Shown: one piece after another, positions 1 to 10,600 of the stretch
Numbering within the stretch: the stretch's first letter is position 1
Layout: each line of letters opens with the position of its first letter
Assembly: GCA_040752695.1 (NCBI GenBank)
Contig: JBFMGO010000100.1
Span: 1 to 22,761 of the forward strand
Reading direction: 5' to 3'
Length of the DNA: 22,761 bases
Origin: a bacterium
Lineage (GTDB): Bacteria; SZUA-182; DTGQ01
Translations under genes and position numbers: made by a program
The notes under the pieces: model-generated
What the model was told of the DNA's origin: nothing
Database searches by the model: none
Seen by the model: only the letters and a program-made list of their open reading frames with translations

Positions 1-3000
1 GATGAACTTTCTGTTGAATCACTTATTTTCCTGAGGGCCTATCGCGGCGGCAAGCGGTACATCGAGCAGTTCAGAAGGGTGGATTTTACCACCAAGAACA
101 GGAAGAAGATAGAAATAAAGGAAGATGGTATTTATGTAATAACAGGCGGTCTGGGGGGAGTTGGGCTGGTTATGGCAAACTACCTGGCACAGAAAGGGAG
201 GGTAAACCTTGCGCTGATAAGTCGAACGGGAGTGCCAAGGGGTAAGGAGCAGCAGGATTATCTCAGAAAGATTATGACCACAGGGACCAGGGTGGAATGT
301 ATAGCAGGAGATTGTACTGACTTCAGAAGAATGGACAAGATCATGAAAGGACTTCGCCAAAAATATGGCCGGATAAATGGCATTATTCACGGTGCGGGAA
401 TTATAGAAGTTGATACTCTCATTAACCGGTCCGAAAAAGAGTTCCTTTCAGTACTGAGTCCGAAAATAGAGGGCACTTTTATCCTTGATCGGGTTACTGA
501 AGAAGAAAATCTGGATTTCTTCATTCTTTTTTCATCAGTGGCCACTGTGTTCCCTACTATCGGTCAAAGTGACTATGCTGCGGCAAACATGTACCTTAAT
601 GCATATTCACAATATAGAAACAAAAAGAACAGAAATACGCTGACTATTAATTGGGTAGCCTGGAAAGATGTAGGTATGGCCGTTAGTACGGGGATCAGCC
701 AAGGCTTTATATTTAAAGCACTGCCCATTGATAAAGCCATGAAAGGATTTGATAAGGTAATACAATACCCTATCAGTAATGTTCTTATAGGCGAAATCAA
801 TTATTCCGATAATATCGTGTCTTTACTGGAAAAATATCCTGTAAGCCTGTCCTTAGACATTAAAGAGAATCTCAATCAGAAAAAAGAAGAGAGTAGTGCA
901 AGCAAGAAATCGAAGGCAGCCGTTGGCACTTCAGTAAGATTGGCGGGCAGAGAGGATAATAATTATACGGAAACTGAAAAAATATTGGCAGCTATTTGGG
1001 GCAAGATCCTGGGATTTGAAGAGCTGGATATCTTTGCCTCATTTTATGCATTGGGTGGAGATTCTATCCTTGCTTTACGGATAATTAATAACGTTAATAG
1101 CGAATTTAATATAAACCTCAATATTTCTGAGCTCCTTAATTATGTAAGTATTGCTTCTCTGGCTGAGATGCTCGATAGAGATTATCCAAGGAAGCACAGG
1201 AGGGCTCCTGATAGCATAGGAGAAAAAGCCACCTCATATCCCCTTTCCTTACAGCAGAAGAGGATGTATTCCATGTGCAACATGCCCGTAACATATCTTG
1301 TTGAAGGAGAAATTGATGCAGTTCGTGCGGATTTCGTTTATGATTTCTTAGAGCCTGTAGAAAAAAGAGAATATTATCCTGCCTCATCAGCACAAAAGCG
1401 CCTCTTTTTTTTAAACCAGTTAACGCATATTGGCATAAGTTATAATCTTCCTGTTATCGTAAAAGTGAAAGGGAAGTTTGATAAAAATCGATTTGAAAAT
1501 GCCATAAGGGAATTGATTGAATATCACGAAGCATTGAGGACATCTTTTCAATTGGTAGACAATGAACTGATGCAAAAAGTACATGATAAGGTTGATTTCA
1601 AAGTAAACTATATCCAAACCAATAAGTCCACCCTGCAAGAAGGAGATATCAGTCAATTAGCAAAAGAACTTATTCAGCCCTTTGATTTGTCAATAGCCCC
1701 CTTATTCAGGATTGCTTTGATTACTACTCTCTCAGAAGAGGAACATCTGATTTTATATGATCTTCACCATATTATCGCCGACGGGACTTCAATACAAATT
1801 TTTAATGCAGGATTTATGCGTCTGTACAAAGGAGAGAAATTATCCCCCTTGAGGATTCAATATAAAGATTATACCTGCTGGCAAAATAAATTGCTTGAAA
1901 CCGAACAAATCAAAGCACAAGAAAGGTATTGGCTGGACGTATTTTCAGGAGAAATACCGAAGCTGGATTTACCTACAGATTTTCCCCGTCCGAGTATTTT
2001 CACCTTTAAAGGTGATACCTGCTTATTTAAACTGGGATATGAAGACACCCAACTATTAAAAAAAATGTGCGCGGAGTGCAGCGTCACTTTATTCATGAAT
2101 ATCTTGGCAGCCTTTTATGTGCTCTTACATAAGTATACAAACCAGGAGGATATAATCGTCGGCTATGGAATAGGCGGACGTTCACATAAAGATTTACAAC
2201 CCATTATGGGTATGTTTATTAATACCTTGGCCATGCGAAACCAACCACGGCCCCAAAAGACCTATAAAGAGTTTTTAGATGAAGTAAGGGAGAATTGTTT
2301 ACAGGCTTATAAAAATCAGGATATTCAATTTGAAAGGTTAATAGACAAAATCGATTTACAAAGAGATCCATCAAGGACCCCGCTTTTTGATGTATCAATT
2401 GTGATTCAGAATTTTGAACGCTCAAGGGAGAGGATAGAAGAGAATATCTTTCATGAATATTACTTTGAAAAGAAAACTTCTATGGTTGACCTTACTTTAT
2501 TTATCAATGAGATTGACAATGAGATCCATTTTACTTTCGAATATTACTCAGCGATATTCAAACAAGAAACCATTCAGCGGCTCTCCAACTACCTGGTAAA
2601 CATAATAAAGCAGGTATGTAAAAATTCACAGATTCCAATATTAGATATAGACATCCTCTGTGAAGAAGAAAAGAGCCAACTATTGCATACCTTCAACCGG
2701 ACCAAAGCTTACTATCCGGAAGATAAAACAATTAACGAATTATTTGAACAACAGGTAGCAAAGGCGCCAGAGGCGGTTGCCTTAACCTTTCAGGCTCAAC
2801 AGCTTTCTTATTCAGGGTTGAATGCAAGAGCCAATCAACTGGCAAGAGTATTAAGGCAAAAAGGGGTAAGACCGGGTAGTATAGTTGGGATGCTCTTCGA
2901 GCGCTCAACAGATATGATAGTAGGGATACTTGGAATCCTAAAATCGGGTGGTGCCTATTTGCCGATAGATCCAGGGTATCCATTGGAAAGAATAAGCTAT

Positions 3001-4599
3001 ATGCTCAAGGACAGCAAGGTAAAAATAGTCCTTACACAAAAAGATTATCCATTTTCGGATAATTTATCTCCTGTTGACATTTTACCTGTAGACAACGAGG
3101 GCATGTATTCGAGGGAAGCATGTAACCCGGAGATTATAAATACTCCCGACGATCTGGCCTATATTATCTACACTTCGGGGACTACCGGTGAGCCCAAGGG
3201 TACAATGATTGAACATCGAGATGTGGTTAACCTTATCTGGGCATTAAAAGAGAGGGTGTATAGGAGGTATGAAAATTGCCTGAAAGTGAGTCTGCTCGTT
3301 TCCTACACTTTCGATGCTTCTGTGCAGCAGATATTTGGGGCTCTATTACAGGGGCACAGCCTTCATCTTGTTCCCGAAGGCATTCGAGCTGATGCTGCAG
3401 GTTTACTTAACTTTTACACAAGAAACGAGATAGATATTGCAGAGGCGACACCTGCCCATGTCCGGTTGTTGCTTGATCATATGAGACATAGTAAATTCCC
3501 CCTCAGGGTAAAACATTTCTTTATAGGGGGAGAGGCCTTACCCCGTCAAATAGTAAAGGATTTTTTCCATTGTATTAAGGAGAATACCCCTGATACTGAG
3601 CAAAATGTTCCTATAATCAGTAATGTGTATGGTCCGACTGAGTGTTGTGTAGTCTCTACCTCATACGAAATTACAACTGAAAACATAGATCATTATGAGA
3701 GTATTCCGATAGGCAGGCCCATCTTAAATAAACAGATTCATATTGTTAACAAAGAGAATAGACTTCAACCAATCGGAGTGGTAGGAGAAATATGTGTATC
3801 CGGCCATGGATTATCCAGAGGCTATTTAAATAAGCCGGACTTGATAGCAGAGAAATTCATAGATAACCCTTATGCAAAGGGGTGCAAGCTTTACAAGACC
3901 GGAGACCTTGGCAGGTGGCTCCCTGACGGAAATATTGAATTTATCGGCAGGATAGATAACCAGGTAAAAATACGCGGCTTGAGGATAGAACTTGGCGAAA
4001 TCGAGGCTCACCTCCTCAGGACATCGGGAATCAAAGAAGCGGCGGTGCTGGCCAAAGAGGCTGATGACGGTCAAGAATTCCTCTATGCTTATATTATCTC
4101 AGATAAGAGCCTGACAATGAATGAGTTAAGAGAACATTTATCAAAGAATTTGCCAAATTACATGGTCCCTTCATATTTTATTCAGTTGGAGCAATTGCCG
4201 TTAACTTCAAATGGGAAAATAGACAGGAAAAAATTAGAATCATGTGGCCAAGCAATGATGACAGGTGTTCAGTATGTTGCTCCAGAGAATGAGCTGCAAG
4301 AAAGGATTGCTGCTATCTGGGGAAAAATACTCAAATTGGATAAGGTGGGCATACATGATAATTTTTTTGATCTTGGCGGTAATTCATTAAATATTATCCA
4401 GGTTAACGATATGCTGAAAAAAGAGCTGAGCAGAGAAATTTCAGTAACATCCCTTTTTCAATACCCAACAGTAAATTCTCTGGCCAGGTTTTTAAATAAT
4501 CTCGAAGAGAACCAAACGTTTTCTGATCGCAAGGAAATCCTGGGAAAAGGGATGGATAAGTTGAAGAGATTGAAAAACAAGAAGATATCGGTAAATTAA
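1..4599 (+). CDS. Hybrid PKS-NRPS, 5'-truncated: KR-ACP-(C remnant)-C-A-PCP
   Basis: Frame 1 is open from base 1 (DELSVESLIFLRAYRGGKRYIEQF...), so the GTG at 79 is internal. KR Rossmann motif YVITGGLGGVG and catalytic GQSDYAAAN; ACP LGGDS (Ser 1063); C domain HHIIADG (1765-1785); A-domain motifs YIIYTSGTTGEPKG, YGPTE, YKTGD, NGKIDR; PCP FFDLGGNS (Ser 4384); TAA at 4597-4599. Confidence 0.96.
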   Translation, partial: DELSVESLIFLRAYRGGKRYIEQFRRVDFTTKNRKKIEIKEDGIYVITGGLGGVGLVMANYLAQKGRVNLALISRTGVPRGKEQQDYLRKIMTTGTRVECIAGDCTDFRRMDKIMKGLRQKYGRINGIIHGAGIIEVDTLINRSEKEFLSVLSPKIEGTFILDRVTEEENLDFFILFSSVATVFPTIGQSDYAAANMYLNAYSQYRNKKNRNTLTINWVAWKDVGMAVSTGISQGFIFKALPIDKAMKGFDKVIQYPISNVLIGEINYSDNIVSLLEKYPVSLSLDIKENLNQKKEESSASKKSKAAVGTSVRLAGREDNNYTETEKILAAIWGKILGFEELDIFASFYALGGDSILALRIINNVNSEFNINLNISELLNYVSIASLAEMLDRDYPRKHRRAPDSIGEKATSYPLSLQQKRMYSMCNMPVTYLVEGEIDAVRADFVYDFLEPVEKREYYPASSAQKRLFFLNQLTHIGISYNLPVIVKVKGKFDKNRFENAIRELIEYHEALRTSFQLVDNELMQKVHDKVDFKVNYIQTNKSTLQEGDISQLAKELIQPFDLSIAPLFRIALITTLSEEEHLILYDLHHIIADGTSIQIFNAGFMRLYKGEKLSPLRIQYKDYTCWQNKLLETEQIKAQERYWLDVFSGEIPKLDLPTDFPRPSIFTFKGDTCLFKLGYEDTQLLKKMCAECSVTLFMNILAAFYVLLHKYTNQEDIIVGYGIGGRSHKDLQPIMGMFINTLAMRNQPRPQKTYKEFLDEVRENCLQAYKNQDIQFERLIDKIDLQRDPSRTPLFDVSIVIQNFERSRERIEENIFHEYYFEKKTSMVDLTLFINEIDNEIHFTFEYYSAIFKQETIQRLSNYLVNIIKQVCKNSQIPILDIDILCEEEKSQLLHTFNRTKAYYPEDKTINELFEQQVAKAPEAVALTFQAQQLSYSGLNARANQLARVLRQKGVRPGSIVGMLFERSTDMIVGILGILKSGGAYLPIDPGYPLERISYMLKDSKVKIVLTQKDYPFSDNLSPVDILPVDNEGMYSREACNPEIINTPDDLAYIIYTSGTTGEPKGTMIEHRDVVNLIWALKERVYRRYENCLKVSLLVSYTFDASVQQIFGALLQGHSLHLVPEGIRADAAGLLNFYTRNEIDIAEATPAHVRLLLDHMRHSKFPLRVKHFFIGGEALPRQIVKDFFHCIKENTPDTEQNVPIISNVYGPTECCVVSTSYEITTENIDHYESIPIGRPILNKQIHIVNKENRLQPIGVVGEICVSGHGLSRGYLNKPDLIAEKFIDNPYAKGCKLYKTGDLGRWLPDGNIEFIGRIDNQVKIRGLRIELGEIEAHLLRTSGIKEAAVLAKEADDGQEFLYAYIISDKSLTMNELREHLSKNLPNYMVPSYFIQLEQLPLTSNGKIDRKKLESCGQAMMTGVQYVAPENELQERIAAIWGKILKLDKVGIHDNFFDLGGNSLNIIQVNDMLKKELSREISVTSLFQYPTVNSLARFLNNLEENQTFSDRKEILGKGMDKLKRLKNKKISVN
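124..1176 (+). other. PKS KR-ACP didomain (end of a module whose KS/AT lie upstream of the window)
   Basis: GIYVITGGLGGVG, IIHGAG, FSSVA...GQSDYAAAN, INWVAW, then ACP FYALGGDSI. Boundaries approximate. Confidence 0.9.
1237..1338 (+). other. Vestigial C-domain N-terminus fused to a carrier-protein tail (module deletion scar)
   Basis: YPLSLQQKRMY...NMPVTYLVEGEIDAVR is a C-domain start. It is followed directly by ADFV and then a second, complete C start (EPVEKREYYPASSAQKRLF). Confidence 0.75.
1369..4500 (+). other. NRPS module C-A-PCP; A-domain code DAQEFGVVVK (Gln/Glu family, divergent)
   Basis: Code read by alignment to GrsA from FDASVQ, IAEATP, FFIGGE and NVYGPTECCVV. Nearest classical codes are Gln DAQDLGVVDK and Glu DAKDLGVVDK. 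Confidence 0.7.
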
Positions 4600-4600
4600 C

Positions 4601-4606
4601 AGGTGG
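4601..4606 (+). promoter_or_regulatory. Probable ribosome-binding site for the 4844-aa gene
   Basis: AGGTGG lies 7 nt upstream of ATG 4614, within a 14-bp intergenic gap. Confidence 0.6.
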
Positions 4607-4613
4607 TGTAATT

Positions 4614-7600
4614 ATGGGTAAAAACTTAACCGGATTTGAGATAGCTGTTATTGGCATGTATGGAAGGTTTCCCGGTGCTGATAATATTGAAGAATTTTGG
4701 AATAATCTTATAAATGGGGTTGAATCCATTACTTTTTTTTCTGATGAGCAGCTATCAAATATTGGTGCAGGGCTTGTCAAGAATACAAATTCGGTCAATG
4801 CAGGAGGAATACTTCAAAACAAAGATTCGTTTGATGCCTCATTTTTTGAATATTCTCCCAAAGAAGTGGAAATTATGGATCCGCAGATGAGGGTCCTGCA
4901 TGAATGTGTATGGAGTGCGCTTGAGGATGCAGGATACAGTCCGGGGCAATATAAGGGATTAATAGGTCTTTATGCAGGCGCATCACCCCATTTTTACTGG
5001 GAAGCCCTTTCAACCCTTACCGGTAAAGTTAATGATTTTGGGATATTTGCTGCTCAGCAATTATTTGATAAAGATTTTTTAACCACCCAGATTTCTTACA
5101 AGCTGGATTTAAGGGGTCCCAGTGTTACCCTTTATACTGCCTGCTCTACCTCTTTAGTGGCTATTCATATGGCTTGCAGGGCTCTGATTGGCGGAGAGTG
5201 TGACCTTGCTCTGGCCGGCGGCGTATCCATAAGCTCACACGACAGGTCAGAGTACAGCTATCAGGAGGGAATGATTGTAGCTCCTGATGGTCATTGCCGA
5301 TCATTTGATGCCAAAGCTCAGGGAACGGTGTTTGGTGAGGGTGCCGGGATTATTGTGCTCAAACCTCTGGAGAACGCGATTGAGGATAATGACTTTATTC
5401 ATGCAGTTATTAAAAGCACAGCCATTAACAATGATGGGAAAAGAAAAGTTGGGTATACTGCCCCGAGTATCCAGGGACAGGCAGAAGTAATCAGGACTGC
5501 TTTAGAATTGGCCGAAGTTGACCCGGAAAGCATCAGCTATGTTGAAGCGCACGGGACCGGGACTGTATTGGGTGATCCTATTGAAATTGAAGCATTAAAA
5601 TTAGCATTTAATACGAACAGAAGAGGTTATTGTGGTATCGGCTCCGTGAAAACAAACATTGGACACCTTGATGCAGCAGCTGGTGTGGTAAGTGTAATAA
5701 AAACCATACTGGCCATGAAGCATAAAATAATCCCAAAGAACCTGCATTTTAAAACCCCTAATCCTAAGATAAATTTTGAAGAGAGCCCTTTTTTTGTAGT
5801 GAAGGAATTGAAAAAATGGGAAGATGGAGCACATCCTATTCGAGCGGGGATAAACTCTTTCGGGATTGGAGGAACTAATGCCCATCTTATTCTGGAAGAA
5901 GCTCCTCAGATAGATGACACCACCAGAAGCAGGCCATATCAAATTCTTTTACTTTCCGCTAAAACAAATACCGCTCTTGGTCAATTAGCGGAGAATCTGG
6001 CAGACCATTTAAGGAAAAACCCCGGTTTAAACCTGGCTGATGTCGCCTATACCTTGCAAACGGGCAGGGAGGCTTTTCGATATAGAAGAATGATTGTATG
6101 CTCTGATATTGATGAGGCAATAGAATTATTATCCTCTGCTCAAGGAAAAGAGAATATTTCCTTAATAAAAGAAGATGAAAAATATGCTGTCTTCATGTTC
6201 CCGGGTCAGGGCTCCCAATATATAAATATGGGAAAAGAGCTTTATGATACGGAAATTGTGTTTCGCAGAGAGTTAGACCGGTGCTTTAAAATCTTATCTC
6301 AGATTACTGGAAATGATTTAAAAGAAATCCTCTATCCATCTGCTGCTGATACCAGATCTGCCAAAATTAATCAAACAGAGTATGCTCAACCTCTATTATT
6401 TATTTTTGAGTATGCATTAGCCAAACTCCTCATGAGCTGGGGAATAAGGCCAAAGGCTATGATTGGCCATAGCATAGGTGAATTTGTTGCCGCGCACCTG
6501 TCCGGCGTTTTCTCATTGGAAGAAGCAATAAAACTGGTAGCCACGAGAGGAAGGTTGATGCAGCAACTTCCCCTTCATACCTCTCACGCCTTCCATAAAG
6601 ACAAAAAGGCAATCTTTTTTGAAACAGGCCCTGGCAGAGCCTTAGGTATATTTGCCGAGCAGCATAAAGAGAGGGACCCCGGGCAGAAGATAATCAATAT
6701 GGTAAGACATCCCAAGGAAGGGGTCTTGGATGGAAAATACCTTCTATCAAAGCTGGGTGATGCCTGGTTGTCAGGGTTATCTATAGATTGGTTCTATTCA
6801 GAAGAGAAAAGAAAGCGCCTGCCTTTGCCGACCTATCCCTTTGAGAAAAGGAGCTATCAAATTAAGGGCGACCTATTCAAACTGGGTGGGATATCTCAAC
6901 AAAGAAAATTGACTAAGAATCCAAATATTGCAGACTGGTTCTACGTTCCTTCCTGGAAACGTACTCTATTGCCTCCTGAATCTGCATACCAGCCATCAAT
7001 TCAGCATAATTGGCTCATATTCACAGATGAAACCGGTTTAGGATCTCGAATTATAAAAAGATTGAAAGCTCAGAATCAGAATGTGACTATTGTGAAGGCA
7101 AGAGCAGAATTCTCAAAAACAGATGATCAGGAATATAGTATCAATCCGGAGCAGGATAATGATTATTACAGGTTATTTGAATGCTTAAGAAAGGAAGGCA
7201 AGCTACCCGAGAAAATCGTTCACTTGTGGACTATATCAGACGACAGCGGGAATGATGATAAAGATTATACTCCTGAACTGGTTGATGAATATAATAACTT
7301 GGGATTTTATAGTTTGCTCAACATAGCTCGGGTGATCGGAAGGACGAGTATTACAGCCCAAATAAAGGTAATCACCAACCGTCTGCAAGAGGTAACAGAA
7401 CATGATTTTCTGTCTCCATGCAAGGCAACGGTTCTTGGACCGGTAAAGGTGATTCCCCATGAATTTCCAAACATCCATTGCATCTGTATTGATATTGAGT
7501 GGCCGGGCTCAGGAGGAAATAATGCTTTGCGAATGGTCGAAATACTCGGCCGGGAATTAGAAAGTGAAACTCCTGATATGATCATTGCTTATCGTGGTAA

Positions 7601-10600
7601 TCACCGTTGGGTTCAAATATTCGAACCGGCACGGTTGGCAAAACCAGGTGACGCTAACATCAGATTAAAAGATGCCGGCGCTTATCTTATCACAGGAGGA
7701 CTGGGCGGCATAGGCCTCGTACTTGCCGAGCATCTCGCTAAAACAAAGAAGGCAAGGCTTATTCTCACAGGACGTTCCTTTTTCCCGGCCCGAAATGATT
7801 GGGATGAGTGGCTGAAGAGCCATGATCAAGAGGATAAAACAAGCATCAAGATACGAAAAGTACAGGAGCTGGAAAAGTTTGGAGCGAAAGTATCAGTTTT
7901 CAGTGCAGATGTCTCAAATAAGCTCCAAATGCAGCAGGTAATGACAGGTGCAAAGGAATACTTCGGCGGAATTGATGGGGTTATCCATGCAGCAGGTACT
8001 CCTGACAGTGGAGTAATACAGTTGAGATCACGTGAAAAATCAGAGGAAGTATTCTCCTCAAAAATAACCGGATTACTTATATTGGATACTCTTTTGCGGG
8101 AGAATTCAATCACTTTGGATTTTTTTCTTTTCTGCTCATCATTGGCTTCCATTTTGCCGCCCTTTGGCCAGGTAGCATATTGTGCTGCCAATATTTTTCT
8201 CGATACCTATGCCTGCTTTAAGGTTTCTCAAGGCGGGCCAGTTACTATCTCGCTTAACTGGGATACATGGCAGGAAGTTGGTATGGCCTTTGAGACAATG
8301 AAGGATTTATCTTCAAAGGGATACAGCCTTGAGAAAGGGATATTACCTTCCGAAGGAGTAGAAACCTTTCGATATGTCCTTGAAAGTGCACTATCAAATG
8401 TTGCCGTATCAACTACAGATCTGCAGATGCGGATTGAGCAAATGCATACCCTGGAAGACGAAAAGTCAAAGTTACTTGAAGCTTTTGAAGAAGACTCGCC
8501 CTCTGTAAATTATCTTCCAAGACCTGAATTAAGTACTGAATACATGGCCCCAATGAGCGAGGTTGAGCAAAGACTTGCCCAGATGTGGAAAGATTACTTA
8601 GGCTTTGAAGAGATAGGCATACATGATAATTTTTTTGAATTAGGGGGGGATTCATTAAAAGCTGTAATGATTATTTCAAAAATTCACGAGGAATTAAATT
8701 CAGAACCTCCCTTAGCCATATTTTTTGATAACCCTACCGTTCAATCCCTGGCCGATTACATTGAAAATTCACAGAGAAAGATATATCGAGGTATTGAGCC
8801 TGTTGAAAAGAGGAAGTATTATCCTCAGTCCTCGGCTCAAAAGCGGCTTTTTATTATAAATCAGTTTGATAATGTTGGTGTAGCTTATAATTTATTTTTA
8901 GTAAAAAAACTCGAAGGCATATTTAACAAAGACAGGTTCGAAAAGGCGGTAGAGGCTCTGATTGAGCGCCATGAGATACTAAGGACATCCTTTACCATTA
9001 TTCATGATGAACCGGTTCAGATAATCCATGACAGGATTGATTTTGAAGTAAGATATTATGAGCTTGATGAGAAAGAAATGAAGCAAGAAAGAATGAGAGA
9101 ATTAAGCAAAGATTTTTACCAGCCCTTTGATTTATCTCGTGCTCCTCTCTTTCGCATCGCCTGTGCCAGGATGGTACCTGACAATGAATTTTACTTTATA
9201 CTACAGATGCATCATATTATTACCGATGGCAGTTCCGGAAATATTCTCTATAACGATCTTATGCATTTTTACAAGGGAGAAAAACCGAAACCGCTTCAAA
9301 TACAATACAAAGATTTTGTCTGCTGGCAGAATACCCTCATTGAAACAGGACAGTTCAAAGAGCAGGAAGAATATTGGACCAATTTATTTTCAGGAGGGAT
9401 TCCAAGGTTGGATTTACCATTGGATTTTCCCCGCCCTGATTTTTTCATGTATAGGGGAGAAAGCTATACCTTCACGCTTGATAAGAACACTACCTCTCAA
9501 CTCAAGAATCTGTGTTTAAAGCATGAGGCTACTCTTTTCATGACTCTCCTGGCAACGCTCAATATCCTGTTTCACAAGTATACTGGAATGGAGGATATTG
9601 TTATTGGAAGTATTGTAGCCGGACGCCGTTATCATCCGGAGCTGCAGAATCTCACTGGTTTTTTTATAAATGTCCTGGCTATGCGGAATTACCCCGGGAC
9701 AGATAAAACCTTTCTTACATTCCTGAAGGAAGTCAAGAAAAACAGTATCAGGGCTTATGAAAACCAAGAATTTCAATTTGAGGAATTAATTGATAGATTA
9801 AATATTGAAAGAGATCCTTCAAGGAACCCCGTCTTTGATGTCTGCTTTGTCGTGCAAAATTTCCAGGATCGATCAGCCCAGATGTTGCAACCCAATGAGA
9901 TGAAGGTACTTTCCTTATTTAAAGAGCAAGTCGAGGGGACAACCCTTTTTGACTTGGACATAGAAGCATCTGAAAGCGGTGATAAAATTCAAGTTGACAT
10001 AAAATATTGTACATCATTATTTAGACGGGAGACTATAGAACGGCTTGCCGGGCATTGGCTGAACATTGTGAATCAGGTTTGCCTGAGACCTGATATGCGG
10101 ATAGCTGACATTGAATTACTTTCAGAGAATGAAAAAAGAAACATCTTGTTCGATTTTAACCGGACAGAAGTAAAATATCCGGAAAATAAAACCATCTGTG
10201 ATCTATTTAAAGAGCAGGTAGATCGGCTGCCTGATAAAGTGGCGGTGACATTTAAAGATTATTCAATTACCTATCAGGAATTAGACGAAAAATCTAACCA
10301 GGTTGCCAATTATTTACATGGTGCAATCCAGATCCGTGCGGAATCAAAGATCGGGATTTTTATGGATAAGTCCATTGAGGTCATCATCGCGGTATTTGGA
10401 ATTTGGAAAGCAGGCGGCGCCTATGTTCCCCTTGACCCCTCCCTTCCCTTAGAGCGAATGAGGGACATCATCGATGATGCAGGCATCTGCCACATTCTCT
10501 CCCGGGGAAAATATCTCAATGTTCTCAATCAATTGCAAGAGCAGTGTCCATCAATGAAAGCCTTCTGTTATCTTGACCGGTCCGATACCGGCCTGCTCCA

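Noticed and set aside
79..81. GTG at 79 as the start codon of gene 1
   Set aside because: The frame is open from base 1 and encodes KR-region sequence (AYRGGKRY), so the gene starts upstream of the window.
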